Origin: an uncultured bacterium
GTDB lineage: Bacteria > Pseudomonadota > Gammaproteobacteria > Burkholderiales > Burkholderiaceae_D
Assembly: GCA_965233055.1 (NCBI GenBank)
Contig: CBDDRJ010000015.1
Location: forward strand, 2,457 to 66,456
Reading direction: 5' to 3'
Length of the DNA stretch: 64,000 bases
Part shown: in pieces, positions 63,451-64,000 of the stretch
Layout: every line of letters begins with the position of its first letter
How positions within the stretch are numbered: position 1 is the stretch's first letter
The notes under the pieces: model-generated
What the model saw: the letters and a program-made list of their open reading frames with translations, nothing else
Databases searched by the model: none
Told to the model about the DNA's origin: nothing
Made by a program: the position numbers and the translations under genes

Positions 63451-64000
63451 TTACCCGACCAGCAACTCCGGCGTTTCCGGATTGGCAGGCGCGTCGACGC
63501 CGTCAGTACTGTTCAACAAATTGAACAGGAACGCGGTGTCGAGGACCTGGATCAAGACCTCTCCCTCATTGGCCTTGATCATCTGCCGAATCAGCATGCC
63601 GTCGCTGTGGCCCGCCAGTGGCGTCGAGACAAGCTGGGCGGAATCGAACTTCGCCACGCCGTGCAATTCACTGACCAGCAGGCCGATGGTCTGATTGCCA
63701 TGGTGCACCATGATCACCTGGGCCTTGTGGTCGGCCGTGGTCTTGCGCCCCGACACAAACACCCCAAGGTCGAACACCCATACGCAGCGGCCCGGCTGTC
63801 CAGCCGCCTGCTCATCGAGCGCCAGGATGCCGACCTTGCCGCTACCGGTTGCGATCGACACGCGCGCCACCTTCGACGCCGGCAAGGCTTCGTTGACATC
63901 CTCCGCGTTGATCGCAAACAGCACGCCGTCGATGAAGAAGGTGGCGAATTCCGCTCCCCCGTGGCCGCCGCTATCGGTGTCGAGCAACTCGACGACGCTG
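63451..64000 (-). CDS. CheW-like domain protein (5' end outside the window)
   Basis: The frame is open to the window edge. FATFFIDGVLFAINAEDVNE...VIMVHHGNQTIGLLVSELHGVAKF...MLIRQMIKANEGEVLIQVLDTAFL is the CheW-domain pattern. Confidence 0.7.
   Translation of the reverse strand, partial: SVVELLDTDSGGHGGAEFATFFIDGVLFAINAEDVNEALPASKVARVSIATGSGKVGILALDEQAAGQPGRCVWVFDLGVFVSGRKTTADHKAQVIMVHHGNQTIGLLVSELHGVAKFDSAQLVSTPLAGHSDGMLIRQMIKANEGEVLIQVLDTAFLFNLLNSTDGVDAPANPETPELLVG

Overview
This is a 64-kb, high-GC, gene-dense chromosomal segment. The GC was judged by eye to be in the mid-60s percent and was not computed. Codon style and the repeated GTAGGGTGGGCA-type REP hairpins suggest a betaproteobacterium of the Burkholderiales, Oxalobacteraceae-like; that placement is inference only. 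I call about 55 protein genes. I saw no rRNA, tRNA, CRISPR array, transposase or integrase. Three themes stand out. (1) Signalling. There is a hybrid histidine kinase with an HD-GYP response regulator and two orphan periplasmic binding proteins. There is a membrane GGDEF protein with a degenerate GGAEY active site. There are two MCPs, an MCP relic and a partial CheW-like gene. There is also a four-gene, translationally coupled operon whose architecture matches the phcBSRQ methyl-ester quorum-sensing system of Ralstonia. (2) A 26-57 kb accessory-looking block built from recombined paralogous parts. It holds three AraC regulators with the same N-terminal motif, two epoxide-hydrolase-like alpha/beta hydrolases each followed by a membrane-anchored DUF1330-like protein, two long GST-like proteins and a DhlA-like haloalkane dehalogenase. 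It also holds a Zn-ADH, an aldehyde dehydrogenase, a heme-c/beta-propeller protein, a DUF3604-HupE-parvulin operon, and a six-gene DUF1302/DUF1329/BNR-propeller/RND/acyl-CoA-ligase envelope module. (3) The right end. It carries a secreted M4 protease, an arsR-arsC-arsC-aquaglyceroporin operon, and a lower-GC gene encoding an internally duplicated (2 x 256 codons) SAM-methyltransferase-like protein. Small-scale oddities include a G14 homopolymer upstream of one hydrolase operon, a 24-bp perfect inverted-repeat element, REP hairpins at gene ends, and several micro-ORFs with start/stop overlaps. All functional calls rest on motifs read by eye. No database search was run.
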